Origin: Adineta vaga
Taxonomy: Eukaryota > Animalia > Rotifera
Assembly (NCBI GenBank): GCA_021613535.1
Contig: CP075492.1
Span: 3,162,001-3,226,000 of the forward strand
Direction of reading: 5' to 3'
Length of the DNA stretch: 64,000 bases
Shown here: positions 1-14,355 of the stretch, in pieces
How positions within the stretch are numbered: position 1 is the first letter of the stretch
Layout: every line of letters begins with the position of its first letter
Made by a program: the position numbers and the translations under genes
Notes under the pieces: model-generated
The model's database searches: none
What the model saw: the letters and a program-made list of their open reading frames with translations, nothing else
What the model was told of the DNA's origin: nothing

Positions 1-56
1 ATCGTGTTCTTATCCATAGAGTTGTATTAGAAAACAAAATTATGCCTGAGACCTAC

Positions 57-2007
57 CACACGAATTGACTCCTATAATGAATTTTTGAATACGACGATTG
101 GCTTCATCTGCCACATACAAATTACCAGAACTATCGAAACGAACTGAATATGAATAATGGAGTTGAGTTGATTCTGATCCACTCTTTTCGCTACAACCAA
201 CAAGACATCGAAAATGATAACGACCTACTACTCGAACAACACGATGTTTTTGATTGTCTGCAATGTATAAAATGTTATCGGCGTCTACGATTATACCACT
301 TGGATATTGTAATTGTAAACCATTGGGAATACCATTACCAGCAACTGTAATTCCATTTGATTCTTCCGATGGAAAAAGTTGAATTCTGTTGTTTCTACCA
401 TCAGCTACGTAGAGATTGCAATGAACATCGACAAATATCCCAACAGGATGAGATAGGCTCTTTTCACTTGAACCAGATTTATCATTCTCTCCTGCAGCAG
501 TCGACTCTGTTTTGTCTCTGCCATTATTGAGCGATATTTTAACCACTATATGTCTCAGGTTAATGGAACAATAAAGATCATTTTTGACATCTAGAAATAG
601 TGCATAACAATTTCCAGAGAACTTTGAAATGGGATCTCCTCTCGTAGCATTTAATGTCCATTTATCGATTTGACCTGTCTGATTGTCATTTTCAACATAA
701 ATATCACCATTCGTTGTAACAAACAGACCTGTCCAGGCGAATAACTTCCCGGTGGATATTTTCCGAGGATTCTTGTTATTTGTTTTTGACCAGATCAGAA
801 TTTGTCCGTGAGTATGATCAACTACGTAGACAGTATCATGGGAGTCAATGAAGATACCACGGGGCTCGGAACCAACAAGACTTTGACTAGCAAATGTGAT
901 TCCACATGAACTCCATTTCGAATTTGTAGGAACAATTGGTTGATTGAACGATTCTAAACAAAGAAGAAATATAGTTTCAGATTAGTTTTAACACTTTAAA
1001 GCAAGTTAAAGACTATTAGAACATATAAATGAGTGATACTGCTATATAGAATGGTTGTAACCTCAAGAACTACTCACGTGAATAACTGAGAATTTGGAAT
1101 TTTTGTACTCGATGATTATCCCAATCAGCAACATAGAGTGATCCATTTCTATCAAATGCCAATGAATGTGGGCCTTTCAGCTGATTTGTTGCAGTTCCAA
1201 AACTTCCCGTGCAAGCAACAATACACACACCATACCATGATCCAACAAGCCATCGAATAATGCGTCCTTGATCGCCAGCTTCACTTATGTACATATATTC
1301 ATTTGCATCAACTATCACATAGGTGGGTTTGTTGAGCTGTGTTGCTTTGTCACCAGCATTGCCATCACCAGCCACACGAATTCCTTGAGAAGCTCCCGGC
1401 AACCATTTCATGATTCGATGATTCTGACGATCTGCAATGTACATAATTCCTGCGTCGTTCACAAAGATTCCATATGGTTCATTAAATTGATCGTCATTGG
1501 ATCCGCTATCTTCGTTTTTTCCGGCGATGATCTGACCGATAGTTGAATTCGACAGAAATAACCAGATGCAATGTTCATCTCTATCACTTACATATATGTT
1601 ACCTTCATTATTCACATACAAATAGAACGGTTGTTTTGATCCGGCGAGATTAGCAGCTGTAGCTGGATTTGAACCGTTGAGTGATATTCGTTGTATTCTT
1701 TTATTCTTAGTGTCAGTAACATAGAGGGATTTGTTAAAAACAAAAACATCATGTGGTTCATTGAACTGGTTGAGAGCAACACCTGGTCCAAAGCCAATAG
1801 CAAAGTTCTTGATGGAAGAATTCAGATGAACAACAAGAATACGATGATTAAATTCCTCACCAATGTACAAAATCTCTTGGTCAGTGATATGTATTCCTAC
1901 GGGTCCATCAAGCTGAGTAAGAGATGATCCCGCGGTTCCGTTTTTCTGGCCTGCAACTGTGATACCATTTTGATCCCAATAAGCTTGACGAGATAATTTT
2001 AACTCTG
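57..2007 (-). CDS. NHL-repeat (two beta-propeller) protein, copy 1; exons ~2007-1078 and 953-57; gene continues off the left edge, first exon not located
   Basis: NHL motifs (PxGIxVD..LYVADxxNHRIQ) in ORFs 1070-2017 and 40-546; frame stays open from 953 to 57; GT-AG intron 954-1077; donor GTAGGT at 56-51. Confidence 0.85.
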
Positions 2008-2343
2008 CTGAAAACAAAGATGGTATGATATTATTATTGTTATGCGAAGCACATTATGTGGATGAAATTTTTGTAGTTTCAAAGTCAAAAAATCAGCTGA
2101 CAAATAATTTACTTGTTCGTTGATCGAGTATTAAGAACTACAAAAAACCAACTGTGATGACTGTTTCAGTTGGTTTGCAGTGCAAGAATTTATCAAAAAA
2201 ACGTTTGTAAATCAGCTCGAGTGCACTGCTTTAAAGACACGCAGTATACTCTTTGCTGCACGATATTTGGATCATAATTAAGGAATAACTGCTTTCTTTC
2301 TTCGCAAATATCAATAAGATATGCAATGCTAATTATGAACATG

Positions 2344-2914
2344 CGAGGTGGCCCATAAGTAACCCGGAGATAAGAAAATTAAATAACTCTCTTTTTAGTT
2401 GGTCGAAAAGAATGAAATTTTTGGCAATGATAGAGATCGGCACATTCCAAGTTTATATCCATAAAGACAAGCCTAGAAAACTCTTTACTAAGTATCACTA
2501 TCGAATTAAACATGAAAAATGTTTTTTTTTCTCAGATAGAAAAAATAGTATACAGAGCAACGTAAAAGTCACTTTACCAAACAAAACAAATCAAATATCT
2601 TCATTACGATTTGAATAAATGAGCTGATTTTTTTATCAATGTTACAGGTTTATTCATGCTGTATATTCATAAAGATATACTTTGAGAAATTCTTTTGTTA
2701 AGTCTGTTGTTTTTATTCCTAAGTTACAAAAAAGTAAACCTTTCTGTACAGACCAGCAGTGATACTTAGTAAAGAGTTTTTCTAGGCTTGGCTTTATGGA
2801 TATAAACTTTGAATGTGTCGATCTATATCATTGCTAAAAATTTCATTTCTTTCGACCAATAAATAAGAGAGTTATTTAATTTTCTTATCACCGGGTTACT
2901 TATGGGCCACCCTG
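2344..2914. mobile_element. MITE with ~155-bp terminal inverted repeats, Tc1/mariner-like end
   Basis: 2347-~2500 (ggtggcccataagtaacccgg...tactaagtatcact) is the reverse complement of ~2758-2911; right end reads TA|CAGGGTGGCCC on the minus strand; absent at the paralogous position upstream of NHL copy 2. Confidence 0.8.
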
Positions 2915-3749
2915 TATCATCTACCACAATCTGCTGATATTTTCAAATTACATGCATTCTTTCCAGCCTCTTTATTTGATATCACTTACACGATACGTCA
3001 TTGACAATCATTAAAATGATCGAACACATCAGAAATTTACATGTCGGTACCATTATACACACTTAATAAACGTATTTGAAAATGAATTCAGCATTAACAA
3101 TTAAAAAATAAAATGAAAATGGCATTTAATAAGAACTTTTTTCACAGAACTGTACTTCTCCGTTTTAATCTCTAATACTCTGAATGGTGGCAGAGAAGAG
3201 AAATAAAACTCGTAAAAAAGAAAACGATACTATTTACACATATTAGAATAACAATAAAATATTTCCAGACAAAACATGTTTAGATAGACATAGTATTTAT
3301 TTTTATTGACGTCAATAATATTCATATCCATTAAATGCATGTAGAAAAACTAAAAAATTATTTACGGTATTTCAACGATGTTTGTGAATCTAATTTTCTA
3401 CTTATTCATAACCATACATAACTGAATACGGCATAAGATGATATCATAATCAAGTGAGTTTACTTATATTTCTAGTCCATGATGATGACGTACATCAGTG
3501 TTTTCATGACTTTAATGTAGATTTTTCTTTAATCATGACAATAGGAATGAAACGTGTCATCAACAGACGAACGTGCTATCATTTATTATCAACTTTACCA
3601 GTTAATTTGTTACTCTATCATAGACGAAAAACTGATTTGATTTATAATATACGGTATATTTTTTAAATCTCTAAACATAAATGTGTTCACCAGACTATCA
3701 TATGTTTTATATGAGCATTTAATCGGAGAATATGATGATGAATGATAAA

Positions 3750-4650
3750 ATATCCTAACTCACATCCATAGATTAACTGAAGACATGAGATATTGAAATT
3801 TTACTGATAGGAAAGATTTAAAACTGTGCACACGCCGATTCTTCTTTATTAAAAAATAAACATTAAGTTTATCTCGAGAATTGATCGGAAGTCTTCTTCT
3901 GCGTTTGGATTTCTTTTTCAAATTCTTAGTCAATATCGATTTTGTGTAAAAAGCTGTTTATTCAATTGATATTAAATTCACTAAGTTCAACTAATTCTAA
4001 AACTATAAATTCTTCACAATCGTTCCATTCGTCAGATGAAACATTTTTTTTATAAATGAAAATCATTCATGATAAAGATCAATTAGATTATTAGATAAAT
4101 TTGTTAGTTCAATACTTGTAATGTTTAAATGTTTAGAGAAAATTAAACAAAATTTTGCTCGAATTGAAATAATGTCGGAGGGCGATGTTTCCCAAAGATG
4201 AATTAGAATATTTTCTTTTTCATTTGTTTTAAAATGAATTCTAAAATTTCTTTTCGATTAACTAATATATTCATTTTTGATAAATAAGAAAGAATTGTTA
4301 AAATTTGACATAGAACATTTAAATGAATATGTTGAGAAGAAAGAATGAAATTCAACGAGAGTTTTAAAACGATATATTTAATTGTTAAAAAACATCTCTT
4401 TGATAATATCGATTAAATCTTCAGAATTCGAACTATGTGCAACTATAACCACATTCGTTTTAATCGATTAATTGCGCTAAGATAAATGCTTGATATTGTG
4501 AGAAATGATATAGAAAGAAAAGTTTTCGTTAAAAATTTCATGTGATATAGGAGGTAGAATGATTATATTTCGAAAAGTTTAATCAATAGCGAATTTAATT
4601 GATGGACTTCTAGGATGAAACGAACATAAATGTCGGTGAATAATATATAA
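3750..4650 (-). pseudogene. degraded F-box/LRR-like gene remnant
   Basis: short minus-strand peptides such as HIHLNVLCQILTILSYLSKMNILV resemble the LRR-like family at 10.6-11.9 and 57.7-59.6 kb; no long ORF. Confidence 0.3.
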
Positions 4651-5456
4651 TATATTTTTCTTCGATTTCCATAGGAAAACGTGAGAGAAATTTGAAAAGA
4701 CTTTGATCATCTTTAAGGATGTGGATGTGGGCACTACATCTATCTAATACACACACTCAATACTCCTGGGAAATGAATTCACAACATCTTCCTTTTCTAC
4801 CAATGATGGTACGAAACTATTTAGAGTATTGATCAGTCTAAAAATGAGCTGTTAGTGTCGATCTTTTTAATCTACGACAGTATAGTCGAATAGAATTAGT
4901 TTCTAAGAAATCTGATTGAAAAGATTACGAACTAATTCTAATCCAGATTTTTATGTAAATTTCTATAATCTTGAATCTTCTAATGATTTATTAACTGAAT
5001 AGATTGCATGTTCCATAGTTTCATTTATGATTAGTCGAATATACTAAACGAACAGTATTTTCAAAACTGCTTATTCTTTATATCAAGGACAAAAACAATC
5101 CTCTATAGTTTATTTCTCACATATCTTATAAGGACCAATGAGAAAAAAATAGAAGAACAGAAAGAATATCTATGACTCGATGGATTCCTTTTCCAATATA
5201 CGATTAGCGAGAACAAAAAAGAAAGCAAACATATGTGTAACGTATACACGGGTACTGGGGATAGCGCTGTCAACTTTTCAAGTCCAAAAAATAGAGAAGA
5301 TATTCCTTATGTAAATCTACTATGAAGCATAGATTTAAAGTAATAATTAAAAAATTAAGTGGATGAGATTGATGTGTGAATATACTATTCTCATCCTTAA
5401 GATATTCATCGACAAAATTAAAAGCGACAAAGAAAATATTTTAGTTTATATCATAT

Positions 5457-8400
5457 TTAAAGAGTTGTTTCTTTTCTTTGGAAAATTGTCTGTTCATCCG
5501 ATGAAGGAATAGCATTGATATAAGTAAATCGTTGAATCACTGGTCTATGTCGTCTTTTTGCTCGTTGTTCTTGTCGAATCTGTTCTAGTTCACCACGAGT
5601 AGGATCAATTCCAAAACCATATTTCAACACATCCATCATGATCACAAATAATGCTACAAATGCCATGGCAATGATAGCAATATAAGCAAATGATTTACGA
5701 ATATACTGAAAAATAATCACTTTTCCATCAACAATTTCACAATATCGACCAGAATAACTATCACCCAAACATTTACACGAGAAATTTCCAAGTAATGAGA
5801 CACAAATTCCATTGTTGTGACAAGTAACATCAACACAATAATTGATTTTTCGTTCACATCGTGTTCCTTCCCAACCAAGTGTACAGTTACAGTTCGATGT
5901 TTGATTACACACACCTAAAAAAGAAAAGATTTCATTGTATTCTATTTAATGAAAGGAGTAAGAAAAACTAAATACCATTATTGAGACAAGTATTTTCTTT
6001 ACATGGTCGATTATCGATTTCACATTGTGTACCATTGAAATGGAGTGGACATGTACAATTATAATCTTTATTATTATTAGTGCTGTTACATGTTCCATTG
6101 TTTAGACATGGTTGCCATAAATCACAAATAGTAGCGGAAATACTGCAATTGAAGCCAATATATGTTGATTTGGGACACGATATTGGAAAAAAATGGGTGA
6201 ATGTCGGTTGAGCTAAAAGAAAGCAAGGATGTATCGATGTGTGTATGTGTATGGAAATGAAATGAAATGTATACGAGATGTTGCAATGATTGTGTTTGGT
6301 ATGGTTGTTATTGGATCTAAAATTATCATAATGTGGAGTTATGTTTCGAATATCTGATACAATAACTAACCTATTTTTGTGGATGTCGATGGATCAACTG
6401 AAGTATTCTCGATCTCAACCATTGCGTTGCTACTTGTCGAAGTTCCAATTTCTAAAATATCAATCGAACTCAATTAGAAGCTTTCTAAAACGACGAAGTC
6501 AATCATGTTAAGAAGGAATGGAGTGTGTTTAATATGACATTTCACTTTAGGCAAAGATTGAAATAATACTATACGATTTTCTTTGCTTCAAGAAATACTT
6601 ACGCTTTTTTGTTGTTGGAGCTGTCGTCGTTTGTTGTGTTGTTGTTTTTAGATCTAAAACGATCATACAATGAAGTTGCCTTAAACAAAGCTTTGGATGT
6701 AATTTTACTGAGTTCTTCCGATGATGATATAGACATGGTTGTACTTTTAACAGTCGATAATGCATCTGTTGAAGTTCTAGTTTCTAAACAATGAACAAGG
6801 TTAGATTGTAGCAGTTTTATGTAGTACTTACCACAAGAATTGGTTCCCAAAATGAATTTTTGAATACGATGATTGCCTTCATCTGCCACATACAAGTTAC
6901 CATAGCTATCGAATCGAACAGAATATGAATAATGGAGTTGAGTTGATTCTGATCCACTCTTTTCGCTACAACCAACAAGACATTGGAAATGATTACGTCC
7001 TACTACTCGAACAACACGATGTTTTTGATTGTCTGCAATGTATAAAATGTTATCGGCGTCTACGATTATACCACTTGGATATTTTAATTGTAAACCATTG
7101 GGAATACCATTACCAGCAACTGTAATTCCATTTGATTCTTCCGATGGAAAAAGTTGAATTCTGTTGTTTCCAGCATCAGCTACGTAGAGATTGCAATGAA
7201 CATCGACAAATATCCCAACAGGATGAGATAGACTCTTTTTACTTGAACCAGATTTATCATTCTCTCCTGCAGCAGTCGACTCTGTTTTGTCGCTGCCATT
7301 ATTGAGCGATATTTTAACCACTATATGTCTCAGATTAATGGAACAATAAAGATTATTTTTGACATCTAAGAATAGTGCACAACAATTTCCAGAGAACTTT
7401 GAAATGGGATCTCCTCTCGTTGCATTTAATGTCCATTTATCGATTTGACCTGTCTGATTGTCATTTTCAACATAAATATCACCATTCGTTGTAACAAACA
7501 CACCTGTCCAGGCGAATAACTTCCCGGTGGATATTTTCCGAGGATTATTATTATTTGTTTCTGACCAGACCAGAATTTGTCCGTGAGTATGATCAACTAC
7601 GTAGATAGTATCATTGGAGTCAATGAAGATACTACGAGGGCTGAAACCAACAAGACTTTGATTAGCAAATGTGATTCCACATGAACTCCATTTTGAATGT
7701 GGACGAATTACTGGTCGATTATATGATACTAAACGAAAAGAAAGTGAAAACAATCAAAAACTTTGCTTCTGTTTCGAGGTTCATTAAAGCATATATTTTT
7801 AAAAATTAATCGTGGATTGTGATTTACTTACATTAAGTCAGGGAAGAAGGTTATTTTTAGGGTGAATAAAACTCTCTACGATCTATCATTTATGAGAAGA
7901 AAATATTGTTTTAATTACTGACCGTATAAATTCTGAGTTTCTTCTAATCAGTAAATATTCTACTCATTTCATACTGATATAAGTCAAGATGATCACATTG
8001 ACAATTACAAATGAGTTAGTCAGGCATAGGTATGACTGAGAACTAAATGAATACTCACGAGCGTAGCCGAGAATTTGGAACTTTTGTACTCGATCATTTT
8101 TCCTGTCAGCAATATAAAGTGATCCATTTCTATCAAATGCCAATGAATGTGGGCCTTTCAGCTGATTTGTTGCAGTTCCAAAACTTCCCGTGCAAGCAAC
8201 AATACACACACCATACCATGATCCAACAAGCCATCGAATAATGCGTCCTTGATCGCCAGCTTCACTTATGTACATATATTCATTTGCATCAACTGTCACA
8301 TAGGTGGGTTTATTGAGCTGTATTGCTTTGCTACCATCATTGCCTTCACCAGCCACACGAACCCCCCAAGAAGCTCCCGGCAACCATTTCATGATTCGAT

Positions 8401-9196
8401 GATTCTGACGATCTGCAATGTACATAATTCCTGCGTCGTTCACAAAGATTCCATATGGTTCATTAAATTGATCGTAATTGAATCCGCTCTCTTCGTTTTT
8501 TCCGGCGATAATCTGACCGATAGTTGAATTTGACAGAAATAACCAGATGCAGTGTTTCTCTCTATCACTTACATATATGTTACCTTCATTATTCACATAC
8601 AAATAGAACGGTTGTTTTGATCCGGCGAGATTAGCAGCTGTAGTTGGATTTGAACCGTTGAGTGACATTCGTTGTATTCGTTTATTCTTAGTGTCAGTAA
8701 CATAGAGGGATTTGTTAAAAACAAAAACATCATGTGGTTCATCGAACTGGTTGAAAGCATCACCTGATTCAGAAGCCAATAGCAAAGTTCTCGGTGGAAG
8801 AATTCAGATGAACAACAAGAATACGATGATTTTCTGAATCAGCAATGTAAAGAACATCATCATTAGTGATATGTATTCCTAAGGTTTATCAAGCTGAGTA
8901 AGAGATGATCCCGCGGTTCCGTTTTTCTGGCCTGCAACTGTGATACCATTTTGATCCCAATAAGCTTGACTAGATAATTTTAACTCTGCTGAAAACAAAG
9001 ATGGTATGATATTATTATTTTTATGCGAAGCACATTATGTGGATGAAATGCTTGTAGTTTCAAAGTCAAAAAATCAGTTAACAGCTGAAAAAATACCTTC
9101 AATTATTATCAATCAGTCAATCTCAATCATGATTCAAATTGGATACTCTCTGTCTTTACGAATAACAATAGAGATTGCAATATTGATCATAATCAT
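5457..9196 (-). CDS. NHL-NHL / Thr-rich stalk / EGF repeats / TM / short tail receptor-like protein, copy 2 (two indels in first NHL exon; pseudogene or assembly error)
   Basis: NHL ORFs 7964-8785 and 6599-7753; EGF exons ~6212-5977 and 5914-5457 (CxCxxGWEGTRCE, TM helix FAYIAIIAMAFVALFVIMM); versus copy 1 a 1-nt loss at ~8880 (creates TAG) and a 1-nt gain at ~8773; start exon tentative. Confidence 0.75.
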
Positions 9197-9980
9197 CTTG
9201 TAGAACAGTCATAATTCGTTATTTACTTACATGATACATCATGAGCAATCAATAAAATGATTAAACACATAAAAAATTCACATATCCATAGCATTTTACA
9301 CAGTTTATAAACGTTCCAAGAATGAATTCAACATTAAATAAACTATATCACGGACAACATTGAATAGTTTTATTTTTCAATGTAATTCGATATTGTTTGA
9401 GATAATGTTAGAGAAGAGAAATCAAAATCATAAAAAAGAAACTAATACTATCTAAACACATTATAATAACAATAAAATATTTCCAAATAAAACAAATTCA
9501 GACGGACATAGTATCAATTTTCATTGACGTCAATAATTCAGATCCATGAGTTGATTAAAGGAAAACTAAAGACTATTTGTGACAATTTTATGCCTGTGTG
9601 TTCATCAGTATTTCGTTAACTATGATTTTAAATCTAATCTTCTGATTATTCATGACAATGCATGGCTAAAGAAAATACTGATCAATTCGGTTTTACGTTA
9701 GTTTCTAGTCCATGATGATGTAAATCAGTGTTTTCATGACTTCAATATATTTTTTGTTCATGACAGTAATAACGAGACGTGCTATCCATAGACAAACATA
9801 CTAACATCAACGTCATAGGCTAACTATTTTTCTCTATCAGAGTAAAAACAAATAATATGACTTACCATAGATAGGAACTAAAAGTTCTCTTAAAAATGTA
9901 TTCTCTTACTATAGCTAAAGCGAATACTAAAACATTCATTTTAATTAATCGATAATTGTAGTCAGACTATCACTTGTTTC
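6830..9980. repeat. tandem duplicate of ~57-3710 (NHL gene plus upstream region)
   Basis: coding blocks nearly identical (e.g. 150-350 vs 6925-7125); upstream 2985-3710 aligns loosely with 9225-9980. Confidence 0.85.
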
Positions 9981-10439
9981 ATTTAAGTTTTTTTAGTAAC
10001 TTATTTAGCTTTTGATAGATTCATCTCAATCGATCAAAGATATGGACGATAAAACAATTTCGAAGGAATATCTGATGTAAGATTCTCGTTGGAATTCATT
10101 GTCAAAGACTCAAGATAGACTAGTGATGGGAAAATATCTACGATTTCTTCAAGATTAGTTCTAGTTATCACTACAATAAATGTCGAAGAATAATACTTTA
10201 CAAAAATTGTGAGATCAAATCTTTATTGACATATTTTAATGATGTCTTTCATATTTACAATTACAAATACTTCATTTCGAATCGAATTCTCCAAATAAAA
10301 GTCTTAATAATTTTCGAAATGTAATGAAATACAAATTGACAAGAAACTACACGTGATAATGATACGAGAGAGAAAGAAAGAGAAAAATATCTATCGAGGT
10401 ATATAGATATATATGTATCGTGTTCCTACCATTTGGACG

Positions 10440-11930
10440 GATGAAAACAAACATGAAACGACAAAAAACAAATTCTAGTCAAATACGTAAGTTCATTTTA
10501 AAATCGATTATTTAAATTTTATTTTCTTTTATTAGAAAAAAATTAAAAAAATAAAGTAAGAAAGTTGTAATGTTAATGATTTTTCAATTTTAGAACAATT
10601 AATTATTTGGAGAATTTATCTAATGAAATTTCTCTCGAAAAATTCATTCATTCATTTACCATCAATTCATCTTTTTCTCATCTTCAATCACTCACTTTCT
10701 TTTTCATATCATCATCAACATTTACCATCCTTCTCTTTTATTTAAAATCTTTACCATGTCTTTCATCATTAGATATTCGTCTTAATGATTTTCCACAAGA
10801 TCTTGGTCTTATCTATCAAATGATTTTTCATTTTCCATTAAAATTTCTTCGAATCGTTACACCAGAAATTTTACTTTACCAAATCAATTATCATCGATTG
10901 AATATTTAACTATCTTTCATCAATGTACAACACATGAATTAATAGAAATTCTTTCACATTTACATAGTTTTGATATTATAAATAACAATGATTTGACCTC
11001 TAATTCAAATTCTATAGTTAAATTAAATCATTTAACATGTTTAACTTTAATTTTACAGAATGTTGATTTCGATGAATTTGAAGGATTTTTATTGAAATTT
11101 AGTTCTCACTTGAAAATATTAACTATTGAAATTATTAATGGTGATATTAAGTATTTAGATGCAGATCGATGGGAACGATTTATTTCAATAAATTTATCTT
11201 CATTAAAACAATTTCGTTTTAATTATCATCAAGCAATCGATGATGATTTTATTTTACAATCTTCTCATTTATTGATCAATCGTTTTACTTCACAATTTTG
11301 GATTGATCGACAATGAATTTTGAAAATTTTAATCAAAGAAGATAATTTAATCTATTCAATAGCTCCATATGATATTTATGATCATTTATCTGCAATGGAG
11401 CTTTGTATTAGTGGAAATCTTCTTACTCAAAATCGAAAATCATTTCTTAAACAAATTTGTCCATTATTTCGTATGTTTACTCATTTAGATATTAAATGTG
11501 ATCAAATGACTATTGATATGTTGATTAGAATTTTAAATGCATTACCAAATTTAACTTCAATAGGCATATCAAATTCTTTATTATATGAAGGAATGAAATT
11601 GATAGATGAACAGAAAATTTTATTAAAAAAATATCTCTTCGAAATGAAATTGAAACGAAAAAAATTGATTTTATTTTAAAATATTTTCCTCGAATAGACT
11701 ATTTTGAATTGGATGGTATACAAAATGTTAATCTTGGAATAATTGCAACGGATATTATATGGAAACTTACACGAAATGGAATTTCACATCCAATGACTTT
11801 GTGTCTTGATTGTAATGATGCTGAATGTGATCAATTAGAAAAATTATATCAAACAATTGATTGGAATAATTTATTAAAAACTTATACAATTCATCGGCAA
11901 TATCAACAATTTTTTATACATTGGAAATGA
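10440..11930 (+). pseudogene. F-box/LRR-like protein, fragmented
   Basis: successive ORFs 10607-10909, 10993-11316, 11320-11679, 11709-11930 with family motifs (LENLSNE, YLDADRWERFIS..L..LKQFRF, FTSQFWIDRQ) broken by stops and frameshifts. Confidence 0.7.
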
Positions 11931-12416
11931 TTGATTTTTATGTTTTGAAATAAACTTTCTTATATTTTTACTTTTTTTTATTTGAATACAAAAAATAACT
12001 CATCAAATTAATAACTAATATTGTCTTAATTTTACGTCCTTGAGTACAATAACACGATACTCTTGAGAGTGTGAGTTGGTGTTGGATAGTTAAAATATAT
12101 CCACCCTTCTTCATAAAAAAAAGTTAGAAATGCAAATAAATTAAATTGTCTGAATACTTTGAGCGAATATGTCACAAAAATGACTTTCGACGAGTAGACA
12201 GTCTAAAAATAAAGTAACAAGAAAGAACTTATCTAAAAGATTTTTTCAACTGTCGAGGTGATTGGTGTTTTCCATGAGATAACATCTCGTTCTTTTGAAA
12301 AAAAAAACATTTATTCTTAATCTGACTTTTTTATTTTTCATTTCGCTTGAATAGAAGACGTTAATATTTTTCATATATATTCTTTAATATATAATCAGTT
12401 TTCAAGATTTCTTTAC

Positions 12417-13180
12417 ATGAAAATGTCGTTGTTATATATTGGTCAACAAATAACGATTTTTGGTGGATGTTCAATGTTTCTTAGTGGTATCTTTGGTAAT
12501 ATAATGAATATATTAATATTTTCAACTGTTCGAACTTATCGAACAAATCCAGGAACATTTTATTTTCTTGCTGCATCTATGATTAATATCATTTATATCA
12601 TAGGAAATCTGCCATTTCGTATTCTAAGTGTTGGATATAATCTTGATTTTACAATCAACTCTATCCTGTGGTGTAAATTACGAAATTATCGATATATTAT
12701 GCTTGGTCCAATTTCATATACTTTTGTTTGTTTAGTCACAATTCTTTATATCTTCATCAAATCCTCGTATTCGAAGTTTTAGTAATCTTAAATGGTCACA
12801 TCGAATTTTAGCTTTTGTCATTATACTTTGGTGTCGTCATGCCATTCCAGTTGTTCTTTACGTAAATAATGTTCCCCCAAATTCGACTTGTATAAATACA
12901 AATGCAATTTATCGTGTTTATTTAACAATCTCAATCGTATTTGGATGGTCAACTTATCGAAATATTCGACAAACAAAAACTCTTGCTGAACAACATGCGG
13001 ATCGACAAATTATTCGAATGACATTCGTTCAAGTCATTCTTATGATTATAGCTGAAATACCTTATACGGTTTTTTCAACTTATCTTTTTCTTATAAATCA
13101 ACGATTAAAAAGTTATGATCAACAAATGTATGAATATGTTATTATGCAATTGGTTATGTTGATTTCGTATCTGTTTTGTT
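12417..13180 (+). pseudogene. orphan class A GPCR pseudogene, copy A
   Basis: TM1 GIFGNIMN, WCKLR before TM3; frameshift after CLVTI removes the D(R/Q) motif; 39-bp deletion in TM5 relative to copy B. Confidence 0.8.
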
Positions 13181-13552
13181 GTAAGTTATGCAAATTTAAC
13201 AGAAATTTCATTAGATCAATGAAGAAAGAAAACAAAAACAGTTTGTACATTTGATTGTTTTCTATTGTATTTGTTATCTATGAGTAGATTCTTTATTGTA
13301 TCATTTGTTTTGTCGTTTATGTTCTCAATTTCTTCGAAGTGTTGATCTCAAATCATGAATATATGATGTCATTCTTATTCTTATACTTATCAATATTTTC
13401 GACAATTTCTTTATATGTAATATATTTTAAGGATTCACTGATCATATTGTTTGTCAATGTTTAGTAAAACACCAATAATACGAAATGAAAAAATGTTCAT
13501 AACTTGTTCATTTGTCATTATGCCCACACCCATACCCACCCACACCCTTTCA

Positions 13553-13990
13553 AATCGTTCAGGTCAAACTAATATTGAAATTAAATTCTTTCAAGGTGAA
13601 CAGAAGAAAGCACAAGATAATCATTATCTGGAACTTTTTAAACTCCGTATTTTTCCAGGACTTGAAGGTATATCAATATTCGATGTAAGCTTTTGTATTG
13701 ACGAAAATGGAATTGTAAGTGTCAGTGCAGCAGATAAATACTTTTCAAGGGATTATCAGATTGCAAGGGAGATCTATAAAGAATGTTTATCAAGAGATGA
13801 AATTGAAGTTCTAACTAAAGATGTCGAAAATCATAAGCGAGAAGATAAATTACGACGTGATCAAATCCGAACAATGGCTGCAATTGAATCAATTTGTTAC
13901 AATATCAAAACAAGAATCTATGAAAAAACATTAGTAAATAAAATACAAGAATACAAGAACTTGAAGAGAAATTAAAGAAACTGGAAAATA
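13553..13990 (+). pseudogene. Hsp70-family C-terminal (substrate-binding/lid) fragment, 5'-truncated
   Basis: QTNIEIKFFQGE..AQDNHYL..F.L...DVSFCIDENGIVSVSAADK...LSRDEIE matches the Hsp70 substrate-binding domain; no ATPase domain upstream. Confidence 0.8.
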
Positions 13991-14355
13991 TAATGTGATG
14001 TTATGTTGTGTTGTCAAGACAGTTAGTAAAACGTTTCACTGGAATAATCGAGATATACATTCATTCTTTTTTGATTTGTCAATCATTGATCCAATAGATT
14101 TTATTCTAAGTATACAGTACAGAAATAATACTAACTAACGAAAAAAGAATTAGACCTTGTACTTTTGCGTCCTTATGTATGACAGTACGTTGATTACGAA
14201 TTATTTTAGGTAAATCGTCTAAAAATATCGATCATGCGAAGGAAAGATGAAAAGAAAAAAAGAAAAACGTGTTTTGCATGGTAGGAGACGACGACAGTAA
14301 GACGATAAATATTATGAAAAAAACAAAAATCATTTTCGTTTAGGTAAAACAAATA

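Noticed and set aside
10120-10173. tagtgat...atcacta mini-MITE
   Set aside because: only a 7-bp inverted match, no TSD
13451-13552. N-terminal part of ORF 13451-13975 as real protein
   Set aside because: read-through of duplicated non-coding DNA and the CCCACA arm (PTPIPTHT)
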